Source: Opitutales bacterium
Lineage (GTDB): Bacteria > Verrucomicrobiota > Verrucomicrobiia > Opitutales > UBA2987
Reading direction: 5' to 3'
Length of the DNA: 64,000 nt
Assembly: GCA_965226885.1 (NCBI GenBank)
Contig: CBDDEL010000013.1
Span: forward strand, 384,001-448,000
Shown here: positions 10,276-21,064 of the stretch, piece by piece
Layout of the letters: each line of letters starts with the position of its first letter
How positions within the stretch are numbered: position 1 is the stretch's first letter
Made by a program: the position numbers and the translations under genes
The notes under the pieces: model-generated
Seen by the model: only the letters and a program-made list of their open reading frames with translations
Told to the model about the DNA's origin: nothing
Database searches by the model: none

Positions 10276-11043
10276 TCAAGGCAAACGCCCCAGATGGATA
10301 ATTTTTTCTCCAATCCTGCTTATCCTCCAATCATGGGTGCGGGCTTTGGGATCGTATTGCTTGAGAAGACTCCAAAAATCCTCCGAATGATCGAAATGAG
10401 TCAGATGGGCCAGCTCATGCAATATGATATACTCCTGTAATTCGGGAGGGAGCAAAACCAGCCTCCAGTTCAGGGACAGTGTTCTCTTGCCGGAACAAGA
10501 GCCCCATTGGGTGGATTGATCCCGCACCGATACCCGTTTAACCTCAAGCTGATATTTTTCGGCTGCCCGGTAAACTTGTGGAGGAATCACCCTGGAAGCA
10601 AATCGTCTCATCAAATCTGCAAGTTGATCTTCCAGAGGATGTTTGGAATTTATAAAAAGACTTACAGTTTTCTTGTTCACATCCCAGGAAATTGAGGATC
10701 TCGATTCCGTAAAACTGATTTTTAGTTCCGCGCGGCTTCCATCAAAACTGAGATTAGGATTTTTTTGCAGATAGGCCATCAATCCAACCCGTTGTTTTCG
10801 CCTCGTTTTCAATTGCTTGCTGACCCAATCGGCTTTCTCATGCAAAAAATCAAGGGCCTGCTTTTCGCTAAACCCGCCGGGTAAAGTGAGCAGCGCTTGT
10901 TTATCGGGCGTGATGGTGAGGCGAAGATAACGGGAACGCCGTGAGCGCCTCATTTCATAAGGCACCATGAGAACTCCCTCGGCTGTTTGCAGCGAGCAGA
11001 AATGGGGTTGGGGCTCTTTATTTATTTTCACCGGCATTTTCAA
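10276..11043 (-). CDS. M48/YgjP-like (DUF45) zinc metallopeptidase-family protein
   Basis: WGSCS…LNWRL…YIILHELAHL..DHS..FW. Confidence 0.88.
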   Translation of the reverse strand: MKMPVKINKEPQPHFCSLQTAEGVLMVPYEMRRSRRSRYLRLTITPDKQALLTLPGGFSEKQALDFLHEKADWVSKQLKTRRKQRVGLMAYLQKNPNLSFDGSRAELKISFTESRSSISWDVNKKTVSLFINSKHPLEDQLADLMRRFASRVIPPQVYRAAEKYQLEVKRVSVRDQSTQWGSCSGKRTLSLNWRLVLLPPELQEYIILHELAHLTHFDHSEDFWSLLKQYDPKARTHDWRISRIGEKIIHLGRLP

Positions 11044-11692
11044 TTTTGCCGATCAACCGGTTGGTATAACGCCGCAGGGCCGATTCGGGGTCGATTTTGG
11101 CTAATCGGCAGGCCGCCGCCAGTTCAAACAGCATGGCTCCCGCAAGCTCTTCATTCATTCGCTCCCCCAGCGTCTTCAGCTTGGAGGAATTTATTTGGCC
11201 ATCCTTCGCAAGGCCGCTTTTTCCGATTTTTTTAAACACGTCGCGGGCGTAGAGCAGAGCGGGTAACCGGGGTGGAATTCCCCCAAAAAGCGAATCCGTC
11301 TTGCCGTTATTGTTTTTTTCGGTCGCTTTTATCGCTTCCCATCGGCTGAGGGCTTCCTCGGCATTGCCGGCTTTGATGTCGCCAAAAACATGGGGATGCC
11401 TGCGAATCAGCTTGTCATTGACCTCCCGGGCGATCCGGTTGAGATCGAAATGATTGGCCTCCTCCGCCAACTGGGCATGCATCACCACCTGTAAAAGCAC
11501 ATCCCCAAGTTCTTCCAGCATGTGCTCCGTATCCTCCCGGTCGATGGTATCGAGCAGTTCGCAACATTCCTCTATTAGGCAATCGGCCAGGGATTGGTGG
11601 GTCTGGGCGCGATCCCAGGGACATCCATAGGGCGCCCGCAACCGGGCCACGGTTTTTCTTAATTCTTGAATGCTGTCGGGGGAAGCTGTCAT
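11018..11692 (-). CDS. mazG: MazG-family nucleoside triphosphate pyrophosphohydrolase
   Basis: LRAPYGCPWDRAQTHQSL, EELGDVLLQV, KLIRRHPHVF. Confidence 0.9.
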   Translation of the reverse strand: MTASPDSIQELRKTVARLRAPYGCPWDRAQTHQSLADCLIEECCELLDTIDREDTEHMLEELGDVLLQVVMHAQLAEEANHFDLNRIAREVNDKLIRRHPHVFGDIKAGNAEEALSRWEAIKATEKNNNGKTDSLFGGIPPRLPALLYARDVFKKIGKSGLAKDGQINSSKLKTLGERMNEELAGAMLFELAAACRLAKIDPESALRRYTNRLIGKIENAGENK

Positions 11693-11772
11693 TGTTGCTC
11701 GCTTTTAGTGACTCTCGGTTTTTACTTTTATCACACAAGATTCGGTCGCCTGCAATTCACATTTTTTAATCC

Positions 11773-12570
11773 ATGGACAAACTCGACGAAATTATGGCCT
11801 GGAAAAGGCGGGAGATCGCCGACCGCATCCGGCCGGTCCGCGAGGAAGAACTGGCCAGACAGGCCCGGATTGTCAAAAAAGGACGTTCCTTTCGGGAAGC
11901 CTTGGCCGATCCCGAGGGCCTGAGCCTGATCGCGGAAATCAAACGCCGTTCCCCTTCGGCCGGAAATATCGCCGCAGATACTCCGGCCCAGGAGAGAGCA
12001 CGCCTCTATTATAATGCCAACGTCGATGCCATTTCCGTTCTGACCGATGAAAAATACTTTTCCGGCGCTTTGCGGGATTTATGGGAGGTGAGCGAATTCC
12101 TGCAATTGCGGGAGGACCCACCGCCGGTCTTGCGCAAGGACTTCATGGTCCACCCCATTCAAGTTCTGGAGGCGGCCGAAGCGGGAGCTAAAGCTATCCT
12201 GATTATCGTGAGAGTACTCAACGGCGATGAGATCGAATCTCTTTTTGAAGCCGCCAACCTGGCAGAATTGGACAGCCTGTTTGAAATCCATAACCAGGAC
12301 GAGCTGGACCGAGCCATTCAAGCGGGGGCAAAAATAGTAGGCGTCAACAATCGCAACCTTTCCAATTTCACAACCGATCTTTCCATATCGAAAAAATTGC
12401 TGCCCCTGATCCCGAAGGGAATCGTGAAAATTAGCGAAAGCGGCATTTTTAACCTGGACGATGCCTGGCGCGTTCGCGATGCCGGAGCCGATGCTGTCCT
12501 GATCGGACAGGCGCTTATGGAATTGGAAGACCCGGAACCTTTTATCAAGGAATTGCGAGACTTGACATAA
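11773..12570 (+). CDS. trpC: Indole-3-glycerol phosphate synthase
   Basis: IAEIKRRSPSAG, SVLTD..YF.G, LRKDF, GVNNRNL, SESGI. Confidence 0.95.
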   Translation: MDKLDEIMAWKRREIADRIRPVREEELARQARIVKKGRSFREALADPEGLSLIAEIKRRSPSAGNIAADTPAQERARLYYNANVDAISVLTDEKYFSGALRDLWEVSEFLQLREDPPPVLRKDFMVHPIQVLEAAEAGAKAILIIVRVLNGDEIESLFEAANLAELDSLFEIHNQDELDRAIQAGAKIVGVNNRNLSNFTTDLSISKKLLPLIPKGIVKISESGIFNLDDAWRVRDAGADAVLIGQALMELEDPEPFIKELRDLT

Positions 12571-13428
12571 ATGCCTGGGGAGTCGTTAACGCCGAGCCGA
12601 ACAAGGAAAATCCTTAACGGTTTGGAGCATTTTCCGAAAAAAAAGCTGGGGCAGAATTTCCTCATCGACGGCAACATCGTGCAAAAATCCTGCCGCCTGG
12701 CCGAATTGCAACCGGAAGATGCGGTTATCGAAATCGGGCCGGGTTTGGGCGCTCTAACGCAAGCTCTTTTAAAAACCGGGGCACACGTTTATGCCATAGA
12801 GGCAGATTCAGTTTTAGCCGCCTACCTCGAGCCGGAATTTTTGTCAAAATATCCCGCACGATTTCACCTCATGCAAGCGGACGCCGTCGCCAACCCCTTG
12901 GCGGGATATGTTCCAAAGCCTGACGCAGACGGCGAACTGGAAGATTTCAAAATCGTTTCCAACCTTCCCTACGCCATATCGTCGCCCTGGTTGAACCGCG
13001 TTTTGGCCGGCCCCCTTCCCTCCACCATGGTTCTCATGCTGCAACAGGAAACCGCCGACCGTTACGCCGCCGGATCCGGCTCGAAGAATTTCGGAGCCAT
13101 AACGGTATTCCTGCAATCCGCTTATAATCTGGTGGAAAAACACAAAGTATCGCCCAACTGCTTTTACCCGATACCGGCGGTCGATTCGGTTATCCTGAAA
13201 CTGGTCCGAAAAAATTCGCCCATTACATTTTCCGAAAAATCCACGAAAAAAATTCGCAGCCTGTTCACTCAAAGACGTAAACAAATCGGTGCCCTCTGCC
13301 GCAAAGATCCCACATTAACGCCCTGGATAAAATTCCTGGAAGAAACCGGCATCCCCCTGCAAAGCCGCCCCGAAAACCTCACCCTCACCGCCTGGCAAAA
13401 ACTGAACAATATTTATTCGATGGCATAA
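12571..13428 (+). CDS. rsmA: 16S rRNA adenine dimethyltransferase KsgA
   Basis: KKKLGQNFL, EIGPGLG, SNLPY, F.P.P.VDS, F.QRRK. Confidence 0.95.
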   Translation: MPGESLTPSRTRKILNGLEHFPKKKLGQNFLIDGNIVQKSCRLAELQPEDAVIEIGPGLGALTQALLKTGAHVYAIEADSVLAAYLEPEFLSKYPARFHLMQADAVANPLAGYVPKPDADGELEDFKIVSNLPYAISSPWLNRVLAGPLPSTMVLMLQQETADRYAAGSGSKNFGAITVFLQSAYNLVEKHKVSPNCFYPIPAVDSVILKLVRKNSPITFSEKSTKKIRSLFTQRRKQIGALCRKDPTLTPWIKFLEETGIPLQSRPENLTLTAWQKLNNIYSMA

Positions 13429-13747
13429 AAAAATACAAAACCAGCTAAGCTTGGCTGTATATATAATTTTAATCCCGTTTTTTCTAAAAGGTAAACATGC
13501 CCCCTTATTGATTTAAGGGATGGATTAAACGGAATTACCTCTTGCATGGTGCGAGATTGTGGCTTGTGGCTAATGTTGCAATTGATGGAACCGGAGTAAT
13601 TCAGGTTCTGTTATTCAAAAAAAACACGTAATGGTGATAATGCGGGAACATCGATAATAAATGCTATGGAAGTCCTCCTATCCATCATATCTTTTTTCCT
13701 GCTGATTGCTTTAATCGTTAAGGTGAATGGAATTCGCGACCGGCTAA

Positions 13748-15314
13748 CCCGGATATTTCGTAAAAAAAGTATCGTTGATATGCTTAACTGCTGATATACA
13801 GCAGGATAGATCAATAATTAAAGCAATATCAGCGATGACAAAAGGTAAACAATTAAAGCTACAGTTGACAAGGGTAAAAGGCCGCCGTGTGCGGGTTGAT
13901 TTCAAGGGCGGAGAGGTTACTTCGGATGCCGGACTGCTTTTGATCCGGGAAGTGGATCGGCAGTTGGGCTTGACCGAACGAGCGGCCCGACAGTTAGTGG
14001 ACAAACGGCAGAAGGGCAAAGTACGCCATGAGGTATTGGGGATGCTGCGGCAGCGCGTTTACGGGCTGGTGGCGGGCTATGAGGATTTGAACGACTTTGA
14101 TACCCTGCGCCACGATCCATTGTTGCAAACGGTAACGGGGCGCATTGAAACGTTGGCCAGCGCGCCGACTTTGTGTCGTTTTGAAAACGGGCAGGATCGG
14201 CGGGCGGCCTTTGCGGTAAACGAGCTGTTGGTCGAACAGTTCATGGGCTCCTTTGCCGAGGAACCCGAAGAGATCATCCTGGACTTTGACGCCACCGACA
14301 ATCCGGTGCACGGGCTCCAGGAGGGACGTTTTTTCCACGGTTATTATGATCATTACTGTTTTCTGCCGCTATATGTTTTTTGCGGTGATCAGCTGCTGGT
14401 GGCCTACCTGCGGCCGAGCAAGATCGATGCCAGCAAGCATGCCGGGGCCATCCTCAAATTGCTGGTTAAACGGATTCGCCAAAGCTGGCCCCGTACGCGG
14501 ATTATTTGGCGCGCCGACAGTGGATTTTGTCGAGACCGGATACTCTCTTGGTGCGACCGCAACGAAGTTAGTTACATCGTGGGGATGGCTCGCAATGCAC
14601 GCTTGCAGCAAGACGCCCAGCAGTTGCAAAAGCAGGCCAAAGAATGGTTCGAACTAAGGGGTAAAAAACAACGGTTATTCCAGGACTTCGTCTATGCTGC
14701 CGATTCGTGGCGATGGCTGCGGTTGGTCATCCATAAAGCCGAACACACCGCACAGGGGTCCAACCCGCGCTTCGTGGTGACGAACCTGCCGGGCGATCCC
14801 CAGGAGCTTTACGACAAGGTATACTGTGGCCGCGGTGAAATGGAGAACCGAATCAAGGAACAGATGCAATTGTTCAGCGAGCGCACCAGCGCCCATCAAT
14901 GGTGGGCCAATCAGTGGCGATTGCTCTTGTCGGCGCTGGCCTACACCTTGATGGAAGCCATGCGCCGGTTAGCCTTAAAAGGGACGAAGTGGGCGCGGGC
15001 CCAATGCCACACCCTGCGGCTCAAATTAATCAAGATCGGAGCGGTCATCGTGCGCAACACCCGAACGATTCACTTTCACCTAAGTGAGAGTTATCCTTGG
15101 GCCAGTCTTTTCAACCATGCGGCCCGCCGATTGGTGCCAACCTAAAGGGTGCATTGGTGCTGCCCCCGGCACTACCGAACCAATGGGGGAAAGGGGGCAG
15201 TGTCTCTACACCCTGAAAAACACCTAAAAATCAAGACGATCTGCTCAAAATACAAAGAAATCCATCTCCAATAGCAATAACGAGCCAAACTTTACCCTTC
15301 ATGAAATATCCGGG
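13748..15314 (+). mobile_element. IS1380-family element, copy 2 (complete)
   Basis: Terminal IRs; flanked by CTAA on both sides. Confidence 0.95.
13835..15145 (+). CDS. IS1380-family transposase
   Basis: Near-identical to copy 1. Confidence 0.93.
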   Translation: MTKGKQLKLQLTRVKGRRVRVDFKGGEVTSDAGLLLIREVDRQLGLTERAARQLVDKRQKGKVRHEVLGMLRQRVYGLVAGYEDLNDFDTLRHDPLLQTVTGRIETLASAPTLCRFENGQDRRAAFAVNELLVEQFMGSFAEEPEEIILDFDATDNPVHGLQEGRFFHGYYDHYCFLPLYVFCGDQLLVAYLRPSKIDASKHAGAILKLLVKRIRQSWPRTRIIWRADSGFCRDRILSWCDRNEVSYIVGMARNARLQQDAQQLQKQAKEWFELRGKKQRLFQDFVYAADSWRWLRLVIHKAEHTAQGSNPRFVVTNLPGDPQELYDKVYCGRGEMENRIKEQMQLFSERTSAHQWWANQWRLLLSALAYTLMEAMRRLALKGTKWARAQCHTLRLKLIKIGAVIVRNTRTIHFHLSESYPWASLFNHAARRLVPT

Positions 15315-15717
15315 CTAAATATTACGAAATCGAAGCCTTTTGGCTGGTAATGCCATTTTTGGGATCCTTTTTCATTTTGTTTTCCACCATGGCCTTCATC
15401 CACCATTTGGTTAACGGGACAAAATCGACCCTCCTGGATGTATTGGGCCTTCTGTTAAATGGGGCTATTTTTTACGGAATGAGCCAGGGCCTTATCAGTG
15501 CCAGGTATAGCGATGAATGGGTAGCGGTTATTACGTTGGGCTTGGCCATTTTCTATTGTCTCCATGTCCGGCTGTTTTTGGAAAAGAAGCTGGTTGACCG
15601 CAACCTGTTGTTCACGTTTGCCGGATTATCGGCTTTCTTCCTGACCGTCACGATGCCATTGGTCCTGTCGCGGGAATGGATAACAGTCAGTTGGGCACTG
15701 CAAGCCCTGGTACTATT

Positions 15718-15751
15718 GTGGATTGCTGGCAAAGGTGGATTGCTGGCAAAG
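15718..15751 (+). repeat. 17-bp tandem duplication GTGGATTGCTGGCAAAG x2 that frameshifts the host gene
   Basis: Seen directly; LLWIAGK reappears as WIAGKVRSEF in another frame. Confidence 0.92.
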
Positions 15752-15940
15752 TTCGCAGCGAATTCCTCCGCCTGGCCGCTTATCTGCTTTACTGCCTGGT
15801 TCTTTACCGTTATGCGTTTTTGGATCTTCCGGGTAATTTTTCCAGAAATCCGATACCGGAGGATATGACTTTGTGGAAATACCTGCCGGAGCTCATTGAG
15901 CGTTTGGTGGTTTTTGTCGTGCCAGCCGGTTCTTTTCTAG

Positions 15941-17507
15941 CCCGGATATTTCGTAAAAAAAGTATCGTTGATATGCTTAACTGCTGATATACAGCAGGAT
16001 AGATCAATAATTAAAGCAATATCAGCGATGACAAAAGGTAAACAATTAAAGCTACAGTTGACAAGGGTAAAAGGCCGCCGTGTGGGGGTTGATTTCAAGG
16101 GCGGAGAGGTTACTTCGGATGCCGGACTGCTTTTGATCCGGGAAGTGGATCGGCAGTTGGGCTTGACCGAACGAGCGGCCCGACAGTTAGTGGACAAACG
16201 GCAGAAGGGCAAAGTACGCCATGAGGTATTGGGGATGCTGCGGCAGCGCGTTTACGGGCTGGTGGCGGGCTATGAGGATTTGAACGACTTTGATACCCTG
16301 CGCCACGATCCATTGTTGCAAACGGTAACGGGGCGCATTGAAACGTTGGCCAGCGCGCCGACTTTGTGTCGTTTTGAAAACGGGCAGGATCGGCGGGCGG
16401 CCTTTGCGGTAAACGAGCTGTTGGTCGAACAGTTCATGGGCTCCTTTGCCGAGGAACCCGAAGAGATCATCCTGGACTTTGACGCCACCGACAATCCGGT
16501 GCACGGGCTCCAGGAGGGACGTTTTTTCCACGGTTATTATGATCATTACTGTTTTCTGCCGCTATATGTTTTTTGCGGTGATCAGCTGCTGGTGGCCTAC
16601 CTGCGGCCGAGCAAGATCGATGCCAGCAAGCATGCCGGGGCCATCCTCAAATTGCTGGTTAAACGGATTCGCCAAAGCTGGCCCCGTACGCGGATTATTT
16701 GGCGCGCCGACAGTGGATTTTGTCGAGACCGGATACTCTCTTGGTGCGACCGCAACGAAGTTAGTTACATCGTGGGGATGGCTCGCAATGCACGCTTGCA
16801 GCAAGACGCCCAGCAGTTGCAAAAGCAGGCCAAAGAATGGTTCGAACTAAGGGGTAAAAAACAACGGTTATTCCAGGACTTCGTCTATGCTGCCGATTCG
16901 TGGCGATGGCTGCGGTTGGTCATCCATAAAGCCGAACACACCGCACAGGGGTCCAACCCGCGCTTCGTGGTGACGAACCTGCCGGGCGATCCCCAGGAGC
17001 TTTACGACAAGGTATACTGTGGCCGCGGTGAAATGGAGAACCGAATCAAGGAACAGATGCAATTGTTCAGCGAGCGCACCAGCGCCCATCAATGGTGGGC
17101 CAATCAGTGGCGATTGCTCTTGTCGGCGCTGGCCTACACCTTGATGGAAGCCATGCGCCGGTTAGCCTTAAAAGGGACGAAGTGGGCGCGGGCCCAATGC
17201 CACACCCTGCGGCTCAAATTAATCAAGATCGGAGCGGTCATCGTGCGCAACACCCGAACGATTCACTTTCACCTAAGTGAGAGTTATCCTTGGGCCAGTC
17301 TTTTCAACCATGCGGCCCGCCGATTGGTGCCAACCTAAAGGGTGCATTGGTGCTGCCCCCGGCACTACCGAACCAATGGGGGAAAGGGGGCAGTGTCTCT
17401 ACACCCTGAAAAACACCTAAAAATCAAGACGATCTGCTCAAAATACAAAGAAATCCATCTCCAATAGCAATAACGAGCCAAACTTTACCCTTCATGAAAT
17501 ATCCGGG
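15941..17507 (+). mobile_element. IS1380-family element, copy 3 (complete)
   Basis: IRs; TSD CTAG (15937-15940, 17508-17511); removal restores the frame GSFLGAALLL. Confidence 0.95.
16028..17338 (+). CDS. IS1380-family transposase
   Basis: Near-identical to the other copies (RVGV variant). Confidence 0.93.
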   Translation: MTKGKQLKLQLTRVKGRRVGVDFKGGEVTSDAGLLLIREVDRQLGLTERAARQLVDKRQKGKVRHEVLGMLRQRVYGLVAGYEDLNDFDTLRHDPLLQTVTGRIETLASAPTLCRFENGQDRRAAFAVNELLVEQFMGSFAEEPEEIILDFDATDNPVHGLQEGRFFHGYYDHYCFLPLYVFCGDQLLVAYLRPSKIDASKHAGAILKLLVKRIRQSWPRTRIIWRADSGFCRDRILSWCDRNEVSYIVGMARNARLQQDAQQLQKQAKEWFELRGKKQRLFQDFVYAADSWRWLRLVIHKAEHTAQGSNPRFVVTNLPGDPQELYDKVYCGRGEMENRIKEQMQLFSERTSAHQWWANQWRLLLSALAYTLMEAMRRLALKGTKWARAQCHTLRLKLIKIGAVIVRNTRTIHFHLSESYPWASLFNHAARRLVPT

Positions 17508-18370
17508 CTAGGCGCAGCGCTCCTGCTGGGAAAAACCCAAAGTCCTTTCAAAAATACCGCATCCAAACCCAACGACATTAAAGAGTGGTTGCAAAAACAG
17601 GGGGTTGCCAAAACCGGATTCATAGTGGCTGTAGCCATTGCTTTCATCTACTTGAACCTCGAAGCCTATCGCACATTGCAATTTATATACGCGCCCCTGC
17701 AATTGCCGGCTCTGACCCTTATCTGGCTCGCCTTGTGCTCTCTGTTGCTGGTCGTTTACAAGAAATCGGAAAGTGGCGCCATCGGTTCGTTTTTCATATT
17801 CTTTTGCGGCTTGGCGGCGATGAAATTACTCACCTTTGATCTATTAAGATGGGACTATGGAATAACCCACGGATATGCGGGCGCCTATTCGATTGTCGAA
17901 GGAATATTCCGCACTATGGACTTCGGAATGATTATCGCCTTTTGCGGGTTCTCCTATTTCACATTGTTGGGGAAAACGGATATGCGGCAAGAGCGCGCGA
18001 TTTTGGCAGCCCTGGGGTTAGCGTTGTTTTTCATCTATGCGACTTTGGAAACGGACACCCTACTGGCAAATTTCCTACCCGGTCTGAGGGTTGGCGGGGT
18101 GAGCATCTTGTGGGCAGTCTTCGGGATAACGTTTCTTATCACGGGCATTCGCAAAAATCAATCCACTTTACGCTATTGCGGGCTATTTCTGTTTACCGTC
18201 GTAGTGGCCAAGATCTTCTTTGTGGACCTGAATAAGCTGGAGCAGCTATATAGGATTATTGCGTTCATACTACTGGGCATTCTTATACTTTCCGGTTCTT
18301 TCGTTTACCTGCATTACCGGCAAGCCTTCACCAATGAGGAGGAGAAAGAGGAAGAAAAAAAAGAATAATA

Positions 18371-18525
18371 ATGAAATCCCTCAAGCGCCTACTGGAATCA
18401 TTACCCGGGAAGATTCTGGCAATCATTTTAATATCGATTGCCTTGTTGCGATTCTCGACCCCCTGCTGGGGCGATTTCGAGTTGTCTCAATACGAATTCT
18501 TTAAAAATATCGAGGTGCAGACGGC
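18371..18525 (+). pseudogene. N-terminal fragment of a secreted DUF3999-like protein, truncated by IS1
   Basis: MKSLKRLLESLPGKILAIILISIALLRFSTPCWGDFELSQYEFFKNIEV: signal-peptide-like, starts 2 nt after the DUF2339-like stop. Confidence 0.6.
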
Positions 18526-18791
18526 GGTAGTGTATTAAGTAGGAATGGTGGCTAATTCTTGATTATATTGATGAATGAAAAGTCTCAGACAGGTTTCATG
18601 CATACTCTTAAGCTTGGAAAAGGAGAGGGTTTTGCGTGTGAAACGACCCAGTCGTTGGCGCAGGGTATTGTTCCATCGTTCCACATGGGCCGTTTCACCG
18701 GTTTCTTTTCCCACGGATGTAAACGCCGGGGAAAAACCGGTACGGTAAAGAGGGCGCTTTAAAACCGGTACGCTTATCCTAGAAAGGAGGA

Positions 18792-20300
18792 GTGTATCGA
18801 GATATGAAGCAATGGACAAGAGTGCGGCACAAAGTGCTGCGGGACAAGCAGAGCAAGCGCTCTGTAATGCGAGAAGAGGGACTGCACTGGGAGACCCTGG
18901 GAAAGATGCTGGCCTATTCCCAGCCGCCGGGATACCGGCGCAAGAAGAGGCGAGAGCGCAAGATCGATCCGTATGTGGGCTGGATCGAGGAGGTGCTCAA
19001 AGCGGACCGGAACGTGCCCAAGAAGCAGCGCCATACGGCCAAACGGATCTACTACCAGCGTTTGGGTCGGGAGAAGGGCTACCAAGGGGGCTACACGGCG
19101 GTCAAGGAGGTGGTGGCCGAGCTGCGAGCGAGGCGGCGGGAAGTGTTCGTGCCGCTGGAGCACCGCCCCGGGGAGGGACAGGTGGACTTCGGTCATGCCC
19201 TGGTGAAGGAGGCGGGGCAATTGCGTAGGCGGCCATTTTTTGCCATGAGCCTGCCCTACAGCGATGCCTTTTTCGTGCAGGTGTTCGAACGGGAGTGCAC
19301 GGAGAGCTTCTGGGAGGGGCCCCTGCGAGCTTTTGAGTTTTTCGGGGCGGTGCCCCGGCGCATCAGCTATGACAACTCGAAGGTGGCGGTGGGTAAGATT
19401 ATCGGTTCGCGTGAACGCAAGCTGACCGACGGGTTTCTGCAGCTACAGAGCCATTACCTGTTCGAGGAACACTTCTGTCTGCCCGCCCGGCCCAACGAGA
19501 AGGGCGTGGTCGAGGGGATCGTGCGTTATGCCCGGGCCAACTTCCTGGTACCGGTACCGCAGGTTCGGGACCTGGAGGAACTCAACGCAAAGCTGTTGGA
19601 GGCATGTGAGCGGGACATGGAGCGTAAATTACGCGGGAAAAGGGCGGTGAAAAAGGAACTGCTGGCCGAGGAGCGCGCCGTCATGCTGGCGTTGCCGCCC
19701 ATACCCTTTGAAGCGAGCCGCAAACGCTCGACCTGCGTCAGCAGCCTCTCGCTGGTGCGCTTCGAGTGCAACGACTATTCGGTGCCGGTGCGCTGCGCCC
19801 ACCATCCGGTGGTGGTGGAAGGGTCCTGTCGGCAGGTGATGATCTTCTGTGGGGGCCAAGAGGTGGCCCGGCACCGCCGCATTTGGGATAAAGAGCAAGT
19901 CTCTTTCGAGCCGGTGCACTACCTGGCTTTGCTGGAGAAAAAACCGGGCGCTTTGGACTTCGCCCGCCCACTCTCGGGCTGGCAGTTGCCGCAGTGCCTG
20001 CAGGTCCTCAGACGCCGGCTCGAAAGCCAATGCGGGGGCGAAGGCACCCGGGAGTATATCCGGGTGCTGCGGCTGTTGGAGAAACACCCCATGGCGGCCT
20101 TGCAGCAGGCCGTCGTCTCGGCCCTGCGGGTGGGGGGACTGACTCGTGAGGCCATCGCCCAGTATCTCTATCCTCAGGAAGACTACGGGAGCAGAACCTT
20201 CCGGCTGGACGGCCATCCACACCTGCGTCACGTCCGTGTGGCCGCCCCTGACCTCGGTGCCTACAGCGAACTGCTCAAGATTCCAGGAGGGGCTTTATGA
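18792..20300 (+). CDS. istA: IS21 transposase IstA
   Basis: [28 protein letters not shown]. Confidence 0.93.
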   Translation: MYRDMKQWTRVRHKVLRDKQSKRSVMREEGLHWETLGKMLAYSQPPGYRRKKRRERKIDPYVGWIEEVLKADRNVPKKQRHTAKRIYYQRLGREKGYQGGYTAVKEVVAELRARRREVFVPLEHRPGEGQVDFGHALVKEAGQLRRRPFFAMSLPYSDAFFVQVFERECTESFWEGPLRAFEFFGAVPRRISYDNSKVAVGKIIGSRERKLTDGFLQLQSHYLFEEHFCLPARPNEKGVVEGIVRYARANFLVPVPQVRDLEELNAKLLEACERDMERKLRGKRAVKKELLAEERAVMLALPPIPFEASRKRSTCVSSLSLVRFECNDYSVPVRCAHHPVVVEGSCRQVMIFCGGQEVARHRRIWDKEQVSFEPVHYLALLEKKPGALDFARPLSGWQLPQCLQVLRRRLESQCGGEGTREYIRVLRLLEKHPMAALQQAVVSALRVGGLTREAIAQYLYPQEDYGSRTFRLDGHPHLRHVRVAAPDLGAYSELLKIPGGAL

Positions 20301-21064
20301 AGGAAGAAAAAAACCAGCTGCTGTTACACCATCACCTCAAGAAACTGAAGTTGCCCACCATCCTGCGCGAATGGCCGGCGGTGGCCGCGGCTTGTTCCCG
20401 GGACCGGCTCGATTACGCCGCCTTTTTGTTGCATCTGGTCGAACGGGAGCTCATTGAACGCGAACAGCGGGCCGCCCAGCGGCGGATCAAAAACGCCCGT
20501 TTCCCCGTGCTCAAGACCCTCGAGAGCTTCGCCTTTGAAGCGCAGCCCTCGATCAACGAAGCGCTCATCCGAGAGCTCATGCGCGGGGAGTATGTCGACC
20601 AGCGCGAAAACGTGCTGCTCCTCGGTAACGCCGGTACCGGTAAAACGCACCTGGCCACCGCCCTGGGCTTTGCCGCCTGTGCCCAGGGCCGGCGGATCCG
20701 TTTCTTCGGGGTCACCGCCCTGGTTACCCATATGCTCGAGCAACGCGACAACCACGACCTGCAGCGCTTCATGAAGCAACTCGAAAGGCTCGACCTACTC
20801 ATCCTCGACGAACTCGGTTACGTCCCTTTTTCCAAGACCGGTTCCGAACTGCTCTTCGACGTGGTCAGCCGCGCTTACGAGCGCACCAGTCTCATCGTCA
20901 CCACCAACCTGCCCTTTGAGAACTGGATCGAAGTGCTCGGTTCCGAACGGCTCACCGGAGCTCTGCTGGACCGACTCACCCATCGGGTGCATATCCTCGA
21001 AGCCAACGGGCAAAGCTACCGCTTGCGCGATGCTCGACGCCGTCGCCGTGGCACAAAACAATAA
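20297..21064 (+). CDS. istB: IS21 helper ATPase IstB
   Basis: GNAGTGKTHLA, LLILDELGY, TTNLPF..W, ALLDRLTH. Confidence 0.95.
   Translation: MKEEKNQLLLHHHLKKLKLPTILREWPAVAAACSRDRLDYAAFLLHLVERELIEREQRAAQRRIKNARFPVLKTLESFAFEAQPSINEALIRELMRGEYVDQRENVLLLGNAGTGKTHLATALGFAACAQGRRIRFFGVTALVTHMLEQRDNHDLQRFMKQLERLDLLILDELGYVPFSKTGSELLFDVVSRAYERTSLIVTTNLPFENWIEVLGSERLTGALLDRLTHRVHILEANGQSYRLRDARRRRRGTKQ

Larger units (their letters stand above)
13666..18368 (+). pseudogene. DUF2339-like large membrane protein, broken by two IS1380 copies, an apparent deletion and a 17-bp duplication
   Basis: N-terminus MEVLLSIISFFLLIALIVKVNGIRDRL (13666-13746); TM fragments 15315-15940; in-frame continuation 17512-18368 ending …KIFFVDL…YRIIAFILLG. 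Confidence 0.78.

Noticed and set aside
13429..13665. Possible riboswitch or ncRNA between rsmA and the DUF2339-like gene (short palindromes, TTGTGGC x2)
   Set aside because: The stems are short and AT-rich, with no recognisable aptamer consensus
13775..13834. 20-aa N-terminal extension (MICLTADIQQ…) of the IS1380 transposase in the ORF track
   Set aside because: It starts at a TTG inside the left-end hairpin and that TTG is lost in isoform C; the ATG of MTK is preferred
15146..15214. HDV-like self-cleaving ribozyme in the IS1380 3' end
   Set aside because: I could not map the P1/P1.1/P3/L3 consensus or a catalytic C; kept only as an unnamed pseudoknot candidate
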